DNA of 64,000 nucleotides, from contig JAYWIJ010000257.1 in the NCBI GenBank assembly GCA_043788935.1, forward strand, positions 12,944 to 76,943, in the 5' to 3' direction. Under the pieces are notes generated by a model. That model worked only from the letters and a program-made list of their open reading frames with translations. It searched no databases and was not told the DNA's origin. Origin of the DNA: Gemmatimonadaceae bacterium. Lineage in GTDB: Bacteria; Gemmatimonadota; Gemmatimonadetes; Gemmatimonadales; Gemmatimonadaceae. This document shows, one piece after another, positions 26,335 through 36,020 of this stretch (positions are counted from its first letter, which is position 1; each line of letters starts with the position of its first letter). Made by a program: the position numbers and the translations under genes.

Positions 26335-27240
26335 TCAGCGCACCCTGATCGCTGACGCCGGAATCCGCTGCATCGTCGCCGCGAGTTCACGCACGAGCTC
26401 ACCGAAGTGCAGCGTGGGACGTCCCCATGCGCGGCCGTCCACTTCGATCACCGCGCCGTTCCTCACCGCACGCAGATCACGCCAGCCCGGCATCGCACGC
26501 ATGCGCGTGAGCTGCGGCGTTCCATCTTCGCGATGGCCGGTGATGATCACGTCCGGATCGCGCGCCAGAAACACCTCGAGCGACAGCGTCGGAAACTCAC
26601 CCTGTACATCGGCGAACGGATTGTCGGCACCGACGACGCTGATCAGCTCCGCCATGTAACTCTTTGCAGCAGAGATGATCACTGGTGACTGGCTGATCAC
26701 GTACACGGCTTTCGGACGCACACGTCGCGGCACCTGCTGCTGCACCGCACGCAGCTCGGCGCGCAGTGCATTCGCCGCAGCCGCAGCTCGCAGCGACATG
26801 CCGAGCAACGCACCGAGATCGCGCACCGTCGCAAACAAGGCGGTCGTGTCCTTCGTCTCGACGAGATAGACCGGCACACCCGCCGCCCGCATCTGATTCA
26901 CGACGGCCGCATTCCGCTGCCCGTTCCAGGCGATGAACAGATCGGGACGCGCCGACAGCAGCGTCTCGATGCTCGGATCGAGACCACCACCCACGTTGAC
27001 GGCCTTCGCCACTGCGCTCGAAGTGTCGTACCGTGTGCGCGCTGCAATCCGGTCGGCTGCGCCCAGTGCGACGATGATGTCCACGGCCGATCCCACCAGC
27101 GACGCAACGCGTTTCGCCGGCGTCTTCACCGTCACGCGCAAACCAGCGCCGTCACGCACCGTCACGGCTTGCGCCTCCGCCGTCACACTGATCAGCATCG
27201 TCGCGCAGAAGGTGGCGATGCTGCGATACCACTGCCGCAT
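26335..27240 (-). CDS. ABC transporter periplasmic substrate-binding protein (cobalamin/Fe-siderophore type, BtuF-like)
   Basis: 301 aa with a signal peptide. RVASLVGSAVDIIVALGAADRIAA and PDLFIAW blocks are typical of class 8 binding proteins. Confidence 0.82.
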   Translation of the reverse strand: MRQWYRSIATFCATMLISVTAEAQAVTVRDGAGLRVTVKTPAKRVASLVGSAVDIIVALGAADRIAARTRYDTSSAVAKAVNVGGGLDPSIETLLSARPDLFIAWNGQRNAAVVNQMRAAGVPVYLVETKDTTALFATVRDLGALLGMSLRAAAAANALRAELRAVQQQVPRRVRPKAVYVISQSPVIISAAKSYMAELISVVGADNPFADVQGEFPTLSLEVFLARDPDVIITGHREDGTPQLTRMRAMPGWRDLRAVRNGAVIEVDGRAWGRPTLHFGELVRELAATMQRIPASAIRVR

Positions 27241-27242
27241 GA

Positions 27243-29063
27243 TCAGTAATCCACCGGTCGCAGGTAGCTCTCGCCGATGGCCGTGGGGCCGATCAATGCC
27301 ACCGTCGGCAGACGACGCTTCCAGTGCGTCGACTCCAGCCGGCGACGCACGATCTCCACGTCGCGTGCATCGAAGCCGCGCGCCACGAGTTCCTGGGGCG
27401 TCCAGCCGTTCAGCATCCAGTTGAGCAACTCGTCAGCACGCGCGTAACTGATGCCGAAGTCGCCTTCGTCGGTCTGACCCTGAATCAGGTCGGCCGATGC
27501 GGGCTTGTCGATGATCTCCGGCGGCACACCAAGATGCCGCGCCAAGGCCCACACCTGCGACTTGTACAGATCACCAAGCGGGTTGATCGGTGGTGAATCG
27601 TCGGCGTGCCACGTGTAGTAGCCGAACAGCCGCTCGGTCTTGTTGCCGGTACCGAGTGGCACACCGCGATGCTTCGCGCTCTGGTCGAAGAGCGTGATCA
27701 TGCGGGTCCTCGCCATCACGTTGCCACGGCGAGCGGGATCGGCATCGGGCTCATGTTGCAGGTAGCCATCCACGGCAGCCGTGATTTCCATGTCGCGGGA
27801 GCCGATGCCGAGCGCGTCGATGACGAGCTGCGCATGGGCGAGGCTGTCAGCACTCGATGACTTGTAGGGCATCCGAACAGCCAGCACGTTCTCGGCGCCC
27901 AGCGCGCGCGCCGCGAGATACGTCGTCACCGCGGAGTCCACACCGCCCGACAAGCCGATCACTGCCTTCGTGAATCCGCGGCGCGCCATCTCGTCGCGGA
28001 TGAACTGCACCAGCCACTGCTCGACGAGTGGTGCATTGATCTCGAGTGGCGCAGGGCCACCGGAAATGCCGGTGACGCCGCTGGCCTGCGTCGTTGCCGC
28101 TGCAGGCGCCGTAGTGACTGGCGCGACCGGCTCGTCGGCCGCGTCGTAGGCGAGCGCAAAGGGCGCGCGGCTCATCGCGGCGTCGATATTCTGCGTCAGG
28201 TGCGGCCACGCATGCGCCACGTCACTGAGCAGCGGCGCATCGGCACGTGCCCGCACGAGATCGCGGAGGTCGCAGGTGAGCACCGCCATCGCCGGCGTGA
28301 ACAACGGCAGCGTGTGCCGCACGTCGCCGTGCGGCCCGCAGATGATCGAACTCCCGCTGAACATCTTGCCACCCTCGCTGCCGACGAGATTGCTCAGCGA
28401 GACGTACATGCCATGCTCTTCGGCGATGTCGCGGATCAGCCGCTCCCACCGATACACGCTGGCCGGGCCGCCATTTTCATCGGTGCGCGGCCACGGCCCA
28501 CGCGCCGGCGCTGCCGACGAGACGAACACCACCTCGGCGCCATCCAGCGCGGCGATCGTGCCGGTGATGGAGTGCCACGCATCTTCGCAGACCAGCATCG
28601 CGGCGCGACCCCAGCGGGTGTCGAACGCACGGATCTCACGACCGGCTTCGACGAAGCGCGCCTCGTCAAAGAGTCCGTACGTCGGCAGGAAGTTCTTCCG
28701 ATGCACGTGCACGACGACCGGTTGTGCACCTCCGAGGGTCACGTACATCACACTGTTGTACAGTGTGTTCCGCCAGCGCTCGTAGAATCCGAGCACCACG
28801 TCCAGCACTACGCCCTCGGGGGCGATCCGTGCGAAATCGTGGTGGAGATCGGCGGCGAGCGTGCCGGCGGTCACGGCCAGATCGCGCACACCGCCTTCGA
28901 GGAAGTAGCCCGTGAGGGCCGTCTCCGGGAAATGCAGCACGTCGGGACGGGGATCGCGCGCGATCGCCTCGGCCATGAGGCCGGCGATCTGCGCGCGGTT
29001 GGCGGTGTAGTTGGCCTTGGCGGGCCGGAACTGCGCGAGGCCGAGGCGAAGCAGGCGTGGCAT
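27243..29063 (-). CDS. nadE: glutamine-dependent NAD+ synthetase
   Basis: 606 aa. N-terminal CN-hydrolase domain (LVCEDAWH) plus a C-terminal PP-loop GLSGGVDSAV. Confidence 0.93.
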   Translation of the reverse strand: MPRLLRLGLAQFRPAKANYTANRAQIAGLMAEAIARDPRPDVLHFPETALTGYFLEGGVRDLAVTAGTLAADLHHDFARIAPEGVVLDVVLGFYERWRNTLYNSVMYVTLGGAQPVVVHVHRKNFLPTYGLFDEARFVEAGREIRAFDTRWGRAAMLVCEDAWHSITGTIAALDGAEVVFVSSAAPARGPWPRTDENGGPASVYRWERLIRDIAEEHGMYVSLSNLVGSEGGKMFSGSSIICGPHGDVRHTLPLFTPAMAVLTCDLRDLVRARADAPLLSDVAHAWPHLTQNIDAAMSRAPFALAYDAADEPVAPVTTAPAAATTQASGVTGISGGPAPLEINAPLVEQWLVQFIRDEMARRGFTKAVIGLSGGVDSAVTTYLAARALGAENVLAVRMPYKSSSADSLAHAQLVIDALGIGSRDMEITAAVDGYLQHEPDADPARRGNVMARTRMITLFDQSAKHRGVPLGTGNKTERLFGYYTWHADDSPPINPLGDLYKSQVWALARHLGVPPEIIDKPASADLIQGQTDEGDFGISYARADELLNWMLNGWTPQELVARGFDARDVEIVRRRLESTHWKRRLPTVALIGPTAIGESYLRPVDY

Positions 29064-29140
29064 CCCTGAAAACTAGGGCACTCCGGAGCTTTGCGATGGC
29101 CGTCCGGAGTGAGCCCTCCCATTTCCGATAGATTCCACTC

Positions 29141-31138
29141 GTGACCCGCACCCGACTCACCCCGCTCCTTGCCGCCGGCATCCTGCTGGCTGATCCCCTC
29201 TTCGCCCAGCGGGGCGATCCGGCGGCGATCATCCCGCTGCCGCAGTCGTCGGTGGTGCTGGCCCGCGATGGGTCGGTGATCGGTGAGTTTGGGAGGCAGG
29301 TGCGGACGAGCGTCAGCATCGGTTCGCTGCCGCGCTACGTGGCGCAGGCGTTCGTGGCGGTCGAGGACAAGCGATTCTACCAGCACGACGGCGTGGATCT
29401 GGTCGGCGTGGCTGCGGCCATGAAGGACGCCGTGATGGGCGACGCGCGCGGTGCGAGCACCATCACGCAGCAGCTCGTCGGCAACATGCACCCCGACATC
29501 ATCGACCGTCGCGATGGGTCGATCGGACGCAAACTCCGCGAGCAGACGGCCGCGCGCGACATGGAGAAGCGCTACGGCAAGGCGCAGATCCTCGAAGCGT
29601 ACCTCAACACGATTCACTTCGGCCATGGCTGGTACGGTATCGACGCCGCCGCCCGGCACTATTTCGGCAAAGCCGCCGCGCGCCTGACGCTTCCCGAGGC
29701 CGCCACGCTGGCCTCGATGCCGAAGGGCCCCGCGCTGTACGATCCGCTGCGCTATCCGGATCGCGTGACGCAGCGCCGCAATACGGTGCTCGCGCTGATG
29801 GCCGAGCAGAATTACATCACCGCTGCCGACAAGGCGCGGGCGCAGTCGGCACCGCTGGGCGCATCGCGCAGCGTGATCGACGAGAGTTACAAGTACATGG
29901 TGAACGTCGCGCGTGTGCAGGCGGAGCGCGGTGGCGTGAACGTCGGCGAGGGCGGATTCCGCGTATTCACGACGCTCGATCCGGTGCTGCAGCGTGCGTC
30001 GGCGACGGCGCTGCGTGAAGTGGTGGGCAGCGCCGAGACGCCGCGACGCAAGCCGAAGAAGGGGGCGGCGGCACCTCCGCGCGCAGGCACGCTGCAGGGC
30101 GCCCTGGTGATGCTGTCACCGCTCACGGGCGACGTGCTGGCGCTCGTGGGCGGCAAGGACTTTTCGGTGTCGTCGTTCGATCGTGTGATCGACGGGCGCC
30201 GCCAGCCTGGGTCGAGCTTCAAGCCGTTCGTCTACGGCACGGCGCTGTTGCAGGGCATCCCAGCCAACACGATCGTGCAGGACACCGCGCTCAACATCGT
30301 GCTGCCCACCGGCAAGACCTACGCACCGGACAACTCGGACGGCAAGTTCCTCGGCCCGCTGACGATGCGCGAGGCGCTCGTGCTGTCGCGCAATCCGGTG
30401 GCGGTGCAGCTGGGCATGCAGGTCACGATCGACAGCATCGCGGCGTTGTCGAAGCGCATGGGGCTCGACGCCACGATTCCACCGTATCCGTCGAGTGCGA
30501 TCGGCACGGCCAGCGTGCGTCCGCTCGACATGGCGGCGGCCTATGGCGCCATCGCGAATGGCGGCTCGGCGGTAAGACCCCGCTTCGTGCAGCGTGTCGA
30601 GGACCGCGCCGGCCGCACCGTCTGGACGCCGCGTATCGCCGCGCCGCAGTACGCGCTCGACACGCGCGTCGCCTTCGTGTTGCGCGACATGATGCGCGAT
30701 GTCGTGGATCGCGGCACGGCCACGTCGGTGCGCCGCTATGTGTCGAAAGACATTCCAGTGGCCGGGAAGACCGGCACCACCAACGGCAGCACTGATGTGT
30801 GGTTCGTCGGCATGACGCCGGAACTGGTGGGCGCCGTGTGGGTCGGCTACGACACGCCGAAGCCGATTGCCGGTGGTCAGGCAGCGGGCGGCACGGTTGC
30901 GGCGCCGATCTTCGGACGTGCGGTGCAGGCGTACTACGCGGTCAACAAGTCGACGTTGCCGTGGACGCCGCCGCCGGGCGTGGTGTCGGTGGAGCTGGAT
31001 CGCGACACGGGCATGCCTGCGACGGAGGCCACCATCCCCACCAAGCGCTACACCGAGTGGTTCGTCGCCGGTACGGAGCCGGGCGCGATTCCGGTGGATG
31101 TGTGGAGATTGCTGGAGCTGGGCGGTATTGGGCGGTAG
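29141..31138 (+). CDS. class A penicillin-binding protein (PBP1A: glycosyltransferase GT51 + transpeptidase)
   Basis: 665 aa with a GTG start. EDKRFYQHDGVD, GASTITQQL, RKLRE GT51 motifs. SSFKP, SRN and KTGTT transpeptidase motifs. Confidence 0.93.
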   Translation: MTRTRLTPLLAAGILLADPLFAQRGDPAAIIPLPQSSVVLARDGSVIGEFGRQVRTSVSIGSLPRYVAQAFVAVEDKRFYQHDGVDLVGVAAAMKDAVMGDARGASTITQQLVGNMHPDIIDRRDGSIGRKLREQTAARDMEKRYGKAQILEAYLNTIHFGHGWYGIDAAARHYFGKAAARLTLPEAATLASMPKGPALYDPLRYPDRVTQRRNTVLALMAEQNYITAADKARAQSAPLGASRSVIDESYKYMVNVARVQAERGGVNVGEGGFRVFTTLDPVLQRASATALREVVGSAETPRRKPKKGAAAPPRAGTLQGALVMLSPLTGDVLALVGGKDFSVSSFDRVIDGRRQPGSSFKPFVYGTALLQGIPANTIVQDTALNIVLPTGKTYAPDNSDGKFLGPLTMREALVLSRNPVAVQLGMQVTIDSIAALSKRMGLDATIPPYPSSAIGTASVRPLDMAAAYGAIANGGSAVRPRFVQRVEDRAGRTVWTPRIAAPQYALDTRVAFVLRDMMRDVVDRGTATSVRRYVSKDIPVAGKTGTTNGSTDVWFVGMTPELVGAVWVGYDTPKPIAGGQAAGGTVAAPIFGRAVQAYYAVNKSTLPWTPPPGVVSVELDRDTGMPATEATIPTKRYTEWFVAGTEPGAIPVDVWRLLELGGIGR

Positions 31139-31373
31139 GTGCTCTCTCGGTGTCGAGGTGTTCGGGTGGGAACATCGCCCTGACGATTGGCGCCACCGTG
31201 CTGGTCTCGTTGCTCCGCGACATGGTCGCCGGACGCCGACATCGGTAACACCCAGTGGATCAGTCTCGTCGGTGGTGGTGCCGCGTCGATCTACGGTGGT
31301 GTCCAGCTGAGCCGCAGTGCGCAGGCGTTTTCGCGTGCGGTGTGGCTGTACAACCGGGAGATCCCGCGCTGAC

Positions 31374-32147
31374 TCACGTCCCCCCGTACCACTCGTACCC
31401 CTTGTCACTCCAGTACCCGCCGTTCGCCCGCGGCAGCACGACGATCTTCGTGAGGTACTTGGTGTTCTTGTATCCCAGCTTGATCGGACCGTGCACCCGC
31501 GCGGGTGCGCCGTAGCCTGGGCTCAGCGGACGGCGGTCCTTGGCCAGCACCACCATCGTCTGCGGATGCAGCACGCTCTCGATGTCCCAACTCTCGTGAT
31601 AGCCGTCGTCGAAGCTCATGAAATCGACGGCCGCGGCATCGGCAGCGGGTTGCACTGCGGACAGCAATGTCGACATCGGCACGCCAGTGAAATCCGCAAC
31701 GGCGTTCCAGCCTTCCACGCAGTAGTGCGGCACACGCTGCGTCACGGTCTTCATCGCCGTCAGGTCGTCGAACGTGAACGTCCGAGGCGTCTTCACGGCA
31801 CCACTCACCTCGAGTCGCCAGACGCCCATCGTAGCTGCGTTCCACACGGGCACCGTCGAACTCACCCAGTACGTGGGAAAGCGAGCGCCAGCCGGCGCGA
31901 CTCCGCTCGTGCGTGAGGCGGTGGTGCGTCCGAGCAGCCAGCGCTCGAACTTTTCGTTCTGACGCGTCGCCAGGGTGAGCAGCGACCGCGCCGACTCCGG
32001 CCCGCTGCTGTTGCACGCGGCCAGAACCGTCGCGCTCAGTCCGACGGTCGAGAGACGCAGGAAGCTCCGGCGGTCGAGACGCCCGGCGTCGCGCGCACGC
32101 TCGATGGTTTCATCGGCGCGCCGCAGAATTTCGCGATGCGTGCTCAC
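31374..32147 (-). CDS. molybdopterin-dependent oxidoreductase (sulfite-oxidase fold, Tat-exported)
   Basis: 257 aa. Twin-arginine DRRSFLRLS. HYCVEGWN active-site block. Confidence 0.87.
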   Translation of the reverse strand: MSTHREILRRADETIERARDAGRLDRRSFLRLSTVGLSATVLAACNSSGPESARSLLTLATRQNEKFERWLLGRTTASRTSGVAPAGARFPTYWVSSTVPVWNAATMGVWRLEVSGAVKTPRTFTFDDLTAMKTVTQRVPHYCVEGWNAVADFTGVPMSTLLSAVQPAADAAAVDFMSFDDGYHESWDIESVLHPQTMVVLAKDRRPLSPGYGAPARVHGPIKLGYKNTKYLTKIVVLPRANGGYWSDKGYEWYGGT

Positions 32148-32944
32148 TTCGGCTCCTCCGCACGTGCCGGCGCCAGGTTCACGAAGGGCCGCGCATTGCG
32201 GGCTTCGGGCGAGAAACGTTCGTCGTCATACCCGCCAGTGGTCATCGCACGCAGCGCGTAGGGATCCACGGCAAACACCATCACGACATGCACGATCACC
32301 AGCACGCCGAGCAGCAGCATCGCCACGAAGTGCCACCACCGCGCGAGGTAGTAGCCGCCCATCAGGTCGGCCATCCAGCCCAGCGACACCGGCTTCCAGA
32401 TCGCGATGCCCGTGATCACCGACACGACGCCCAGCACGATCATCGTCGAGTACGCGTACTTCTGCAGCGCGTTGTGCTTGCCCTGCACCGGATGCCGCTT
32501 GAGCAGGCCCAGATAAAATCGCGCCATCGTGACGGCATCACGCAGCGACCCTTTCAGCGGTGCCAGTTCACGCCATTCGCCGCGCAGGAACAAATAACCG
32601 AGGTACAGCACACCGTTCGCCACCAACAGCCACATCATCGCGAAGTGCCAGTGTCTCGCGCCTCCAAGCCAGGCACCGAACGTGAACCCGTCGGGAATCG
32701 GCGTCCCCTCCCACGGCCACCACGGAAAGGTGTGTCCCTTCGGCGCGAAGGCCGGATACGCATTGAAGATGCGCAGCCCCGATGCGCCCATGATGACCAG
32801 CGCGAAGGCACTCACCCAATGTGTGATGCGCACGATGGGATGGTGTCGGGCACGCGCCGACTGCGGCACTCCGTGCGGGGCGCGTGGATCACGGTCTGCA
32901 GCCGCAGGATCGGTGGGACGCTGCACCAGGGACTCGTCGGACAT
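32144..32944 (-). CDS. cytochrome b (b561/PhsC-like) membrane subunit
   Basis: 266 aa. IVRITHWVSAFALVIMGASG heme-His helix, with further His in later TMs. Overlaps the downstream Mo-enzyme start by 4 nt. Confidence 0.83.
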   Translation of the reverse strand: MSDESLVQRPTDPAAADRDPRAPHGVPQSARARHHPIVRITHWVSAFALVIMGASGLRIFNAYPAFAPKGHTFPWWPWEGTPIPDGFTFGAWLGGARHWHFAMMWLLVANGVLYLGYLFLRGEWRELAPLKGSLRDAVTMARFYLGLLKRHPVQGKHNALQKYAYSTMIVLGVVSVITGIAIWKPVSLGWMADLMGGYYLARWWHFVAMLLLGVLVIVHVVMVFAVDPYALRAMTTGGYDDERFSPEARNARPFVNLAPARAEEPK

Positions 32945-33118
32945 CGGTCGTCACTCCGCCATCGGGGGCTGATCGGCTCAGGTGCTGCAGGTGCTGCAGG
33001 TGCTGCAGCTGCCGGGCATATCAGGACCGCCCCGAATCGGTTCCACGCGTCCTGTGACACGCCGAACGCCCCGCCGGAGTGCTCCGGCGGGGCGTTCGTA
33101 TGAATAGATGGGCCGGGC

Positions 33119-35683
33119 TTACAGCGCCGCAAGCTCCCGCTCGATCACCTTCTCCACCTCGGTCTGCGGCACCAGCGCCACCTTCAGCACATCTTCCAGC
33201 GTCTGCACCGGATGGAAGGTCAGTGTCTGACGCACTTCGTCCGGCACGTCCTCGAGATCGGCCTCATTTGCCTTCGGGATGATCACGTGGCGAATGCCCG
33301 CGCGATGTGCACCGAGCACTTTCTCCTTGATGCCACCGATCGGCAGCACCCGGCCACGCAGCGTGATCTCGCCAGTCATCGAGACGTCTCGGCGCACGGG
33401 ACGACCACTCATCTCGCTCACCAGCGCCGTCGCGATCGCGATGCCAGCGCTTGGACCGTCCTTCGGAATTGCACCCGCAGGCACATGGATGTGCGCTTCG
33501 ACTGCGCCCAGCCGGCTGGCAGGAATACCCAGCAGCGCCGCGTTGTTGGTGGCATAGGTGAAGGCCGCACGCGCGCTCTCCTTCATCACGTCACCCAGCT
33601 GGCCGGTGAGGATCAGTGACACGGGACCACTCACGCCCAGCCCGTCGGTGATGGTCTCGACCACCGTCTGCACGTCGCTGCTGCGCGTCTTCGTGCCGGG
33701 ACGACGCACCGACGCCTCGACGAACATGATGTCGCCACCCATCGGCGTGTAGTACATGCCGTTGGCGATCCCGACGGCATCGGTCTCGCTGATCTTCTCC
33801 GGATGCACGCGCGGACGACCGAGCAGATCGCGCACGTCGCTGCTGTCGATGACGGTCGGCACCTGCGCCGCGTCGTCACCACCCACCGCCAGCTTGCGCG
33901 CGATCTTGCGCGCGACGGCACCGATCTGACGCTCGAGCTGACGCACACCGGCTTCACGCGTGTACTGCGTGACGACGGTCATCACCGCGTCGGGTGTGAG
34001 CGAGATGCCCGCCGTCTTGAGCCCCGACTCGTCAAACTGCCGCGGCACGAGATACTGCGTGGCAATGCCCGCCTTCTCCTTTTCGGTGTAGCCGCTGAAC
34101 TCCACCACTTCCATGCGATCCAGCAGCGGACCGGGGATGTTCTGGATGAAGTTCGACGTCGCGATGAACAGCACTTCGCTGAGATCGAACGGCACGCCGA
34201 GATAGTGATCAGTGAAGCTGTTGTTCTGCGCCGGGTCGAGCACCTCGAGCAGTGCGCTCGCCGGATCGCCCTGGAAACCGGTGCCCAGCTTGTCCACTTC
34301 GTCCAACAGGAACACGGGATTCTTCGTCCCAGCGGCCTTCATACCGTTGATGATGCGACCGGGCATCGCACCGACGTAGGTGCGGCGATGACCGCGCACG
34401 TCCGCCTCGTCGCGCACGCCACCGAGTGCGATGCGGACGTACTCGCGACCGAGCGCACGCGCGATCGACTTGGCGATGGACGTCTTGCCGACGCCCGGAG
34501 GACCGTTGAACAACAGGATCGGGCCGCGCGCCATCGCGCGCGACTTCGCTTCCTTGTTGTCCGTGATCGGCTCGGCGTTGGCCGGCGCGGCCTCATCATC
34601 AGCGATCACTCTGGCAACCGGCAGCTCGCCCGTCTGCTTGAGTTCTGCTTCGAGCTGCTTTGCACGCAGCTGACGCACGGCCAGGAATTCCAGCACGCGA
34701 TCTTTCACGTCGCCGAGGCCGTAGTGGTCCTCCTCGAGCACCGTGACGGCGTGATTGAGGTCGAGCTGATCGTCGCTGCGCGTGTTCCACGGCAGCTCGG
34801 CAATCGATTCGAGATAGGTGCGAATGACCTGCGCCTCCATGCTCTCGCGACCGGCGCGCTCGAGCCGGCCGAGCTCACGCTCCACCTCCTTCTGCGCCTC
34901 CTTCGGCAGCTCGAGTTTGGCCAGCTTCTCGCGCAGCGCCTCGACTTCCTTGCTCGAGTCGTCGTCGCCCAGCTCCTTCTGGATCGCCTTGAGCTGCTCG
35001 CGCAGGAACATCTCGCGCTGACGGTCGCCGAGCTCCTCCTGCACCTGATTCTTGATCTCTTCCTGTGCGGAGAGCATGCCGATCTGGCGCTGTACGTGCA
35101 CGAGGACACGACGGATGCGCTCTTCGACGCTGAGCGTTTCGAGCAGCGCCTGCTTCTGGGGCACGTCGACGTCGAGGTAGCCGGCGACGAGGTCGGCGAA
35201 GCGACCAGGCTCCGTCACGCTGTCGAGGACCTGATGCACCGCCTCCTCAGGCAGCCCGCGCTTCTCGCCCAGCTCCGTGGCGCGCTCGCGCGTCTCGCGA
35301 TGCAGCGCCTCGAAGGCAGGATCCTTCGGGTCGATCGGCTCCATGTCGGCCGTCGGCACGACCACTGCCGAAAGGAATCCGTCGGTCTTGGAGAACTGCA
35401 GCGCCGTGGCGCGGGTCTCGCCCTGCAGCAGCAATTGCACGCCGCCCAGGCCGCGCTGGATCTGGCCAATGCGGGCGATCACGCCCGTGGTGTAGAGGAC
35501 GTCGCCCGACGGCTCCTCGGAGGTGTCGCGCTGGGCGACGGCGAAGACGAGGCGGTCGCCCTTGAGCGCCGTCTCGATGGCACGCAGCGTCCCGGGTCGC
35601 CCAGCGGCGATCGGGGCGGTGAGGCCGGGGAAAATGACCTGCCCTCGCAGGGGCAGGACGGGCAGGGTCTGACGTTCGGCCAT
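33119..35683 (-). CDS. lon: ATP-dependent Lon protease
   Basis: 854 aa from [13 protein letters not shown]. Walker [10 protein letters not shown]. Proteolytic [10 protein letters not shown] with catalytic Ser, and the downstream K in GGIKEK. Confidence 0.96.
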   Translation of the reverse strand: MAERQTLPVLPLRGQVIFPGLTAPIAAGRPGTLRAIETALKGDRLVFAVAQRDTSEEPSGDVLYTTGVIARIGQIQRGLGGVQLLLQGETRATALQFSKTDGFLSAVVVPTADMEPIDPKDPAFEALHRETRERATELGEKRGLPEEAVHQVLDSVTEPGRFADLVAGYLDVDVPQKQALLETLSVEERIRRVLVHVQRQIGMLSAQEEIKNQVQEELGDRQREMFLREQLKAIQKELGDDDSSKEVEALREKLAKLELPKEAQKEVERELGRLERAGRESMEAQVIRTYLESIAELPWNTRSDDQLDLNHAVTVLEEDHYGLGDVKDRVLEFLAVRQLRAKQLEAELKQTGELPVARVIADDEAAPANAEPITDNKEAKSRAMARGPILLFNGPPGVGKTSIAKSIARALGREYVRIALGGVRDEADVRGHRRTYVGAMPGRIINGMKAAGTKNPVFLLDEVDKLGTGFQGDPASALLEVLDPAQNNSFTDHYLGVPFDLSEVLFIATSNFIQNIPGPLLDRMEVVEFSGYTEKEKAGIATQYLVPRQFDESGLKTAGISLTPDAVMTVVTQYTREAGVRQLERQIGAVARKIARKLAVGGDDAAQVPTVIDSSDVRDLLGRPRVHPEKISETDAVGIANGMYYTPMGGDIMFVEASVRRPGTKTRSSDVQTVVETITDGLGVSGPVSLILTGQLGDVMKESARAAFTYATNNAALLGIPASRLGAVEAHIHVPAGAIPKDGPSAGIAIATALVSEMSGRPVRRDVSMTGEITLRGRVLPIGGIKEKVLGAHRAGIRHVIIPKANEADLEDVPDEVRQTLTFHPVQTLEDVLKVALVPQTEVEKVIERELAAL

Positions 35684-36020
35684 GACGGCTGACTCCGGGC
35701 ACACGGGGACGTCTGGCACGGCGACCCCGAACACGATACGGACACGACCTGCGGAATTCTGCCGGGCCGCCACTCATGCCAGAGCGTACGGTCCACGATG
35801 AAGCTGGTCGCGTCACCTGTCCTCCCTTCTTGCAAGGCCCGGGCACACGTCGTCGTGCCACATCGGCATCCCGATCCAAACTTTTCCAGCCGACGTGGCG
35901 TAGGGGATGCCAACGGGTCAGTCTCACGGCCGACCGGCGACGAGAAACCGATCTCCCGGTCCTTTCGTCATGCTGAGTCTGCCGCCGAGCCCGACCACGA
36001 CTCCTTTGGGTGGGTGCGGG

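Noticed and set aside
33803-35692. 629-aa plus-strand ORF antisense to lon.
   Set aside because: It is a shadow ORF. lon on the minus strand has Walker A and catalytic Ser-Lys motifs, and the antisense product is Arg/Leu/His-rich without features.
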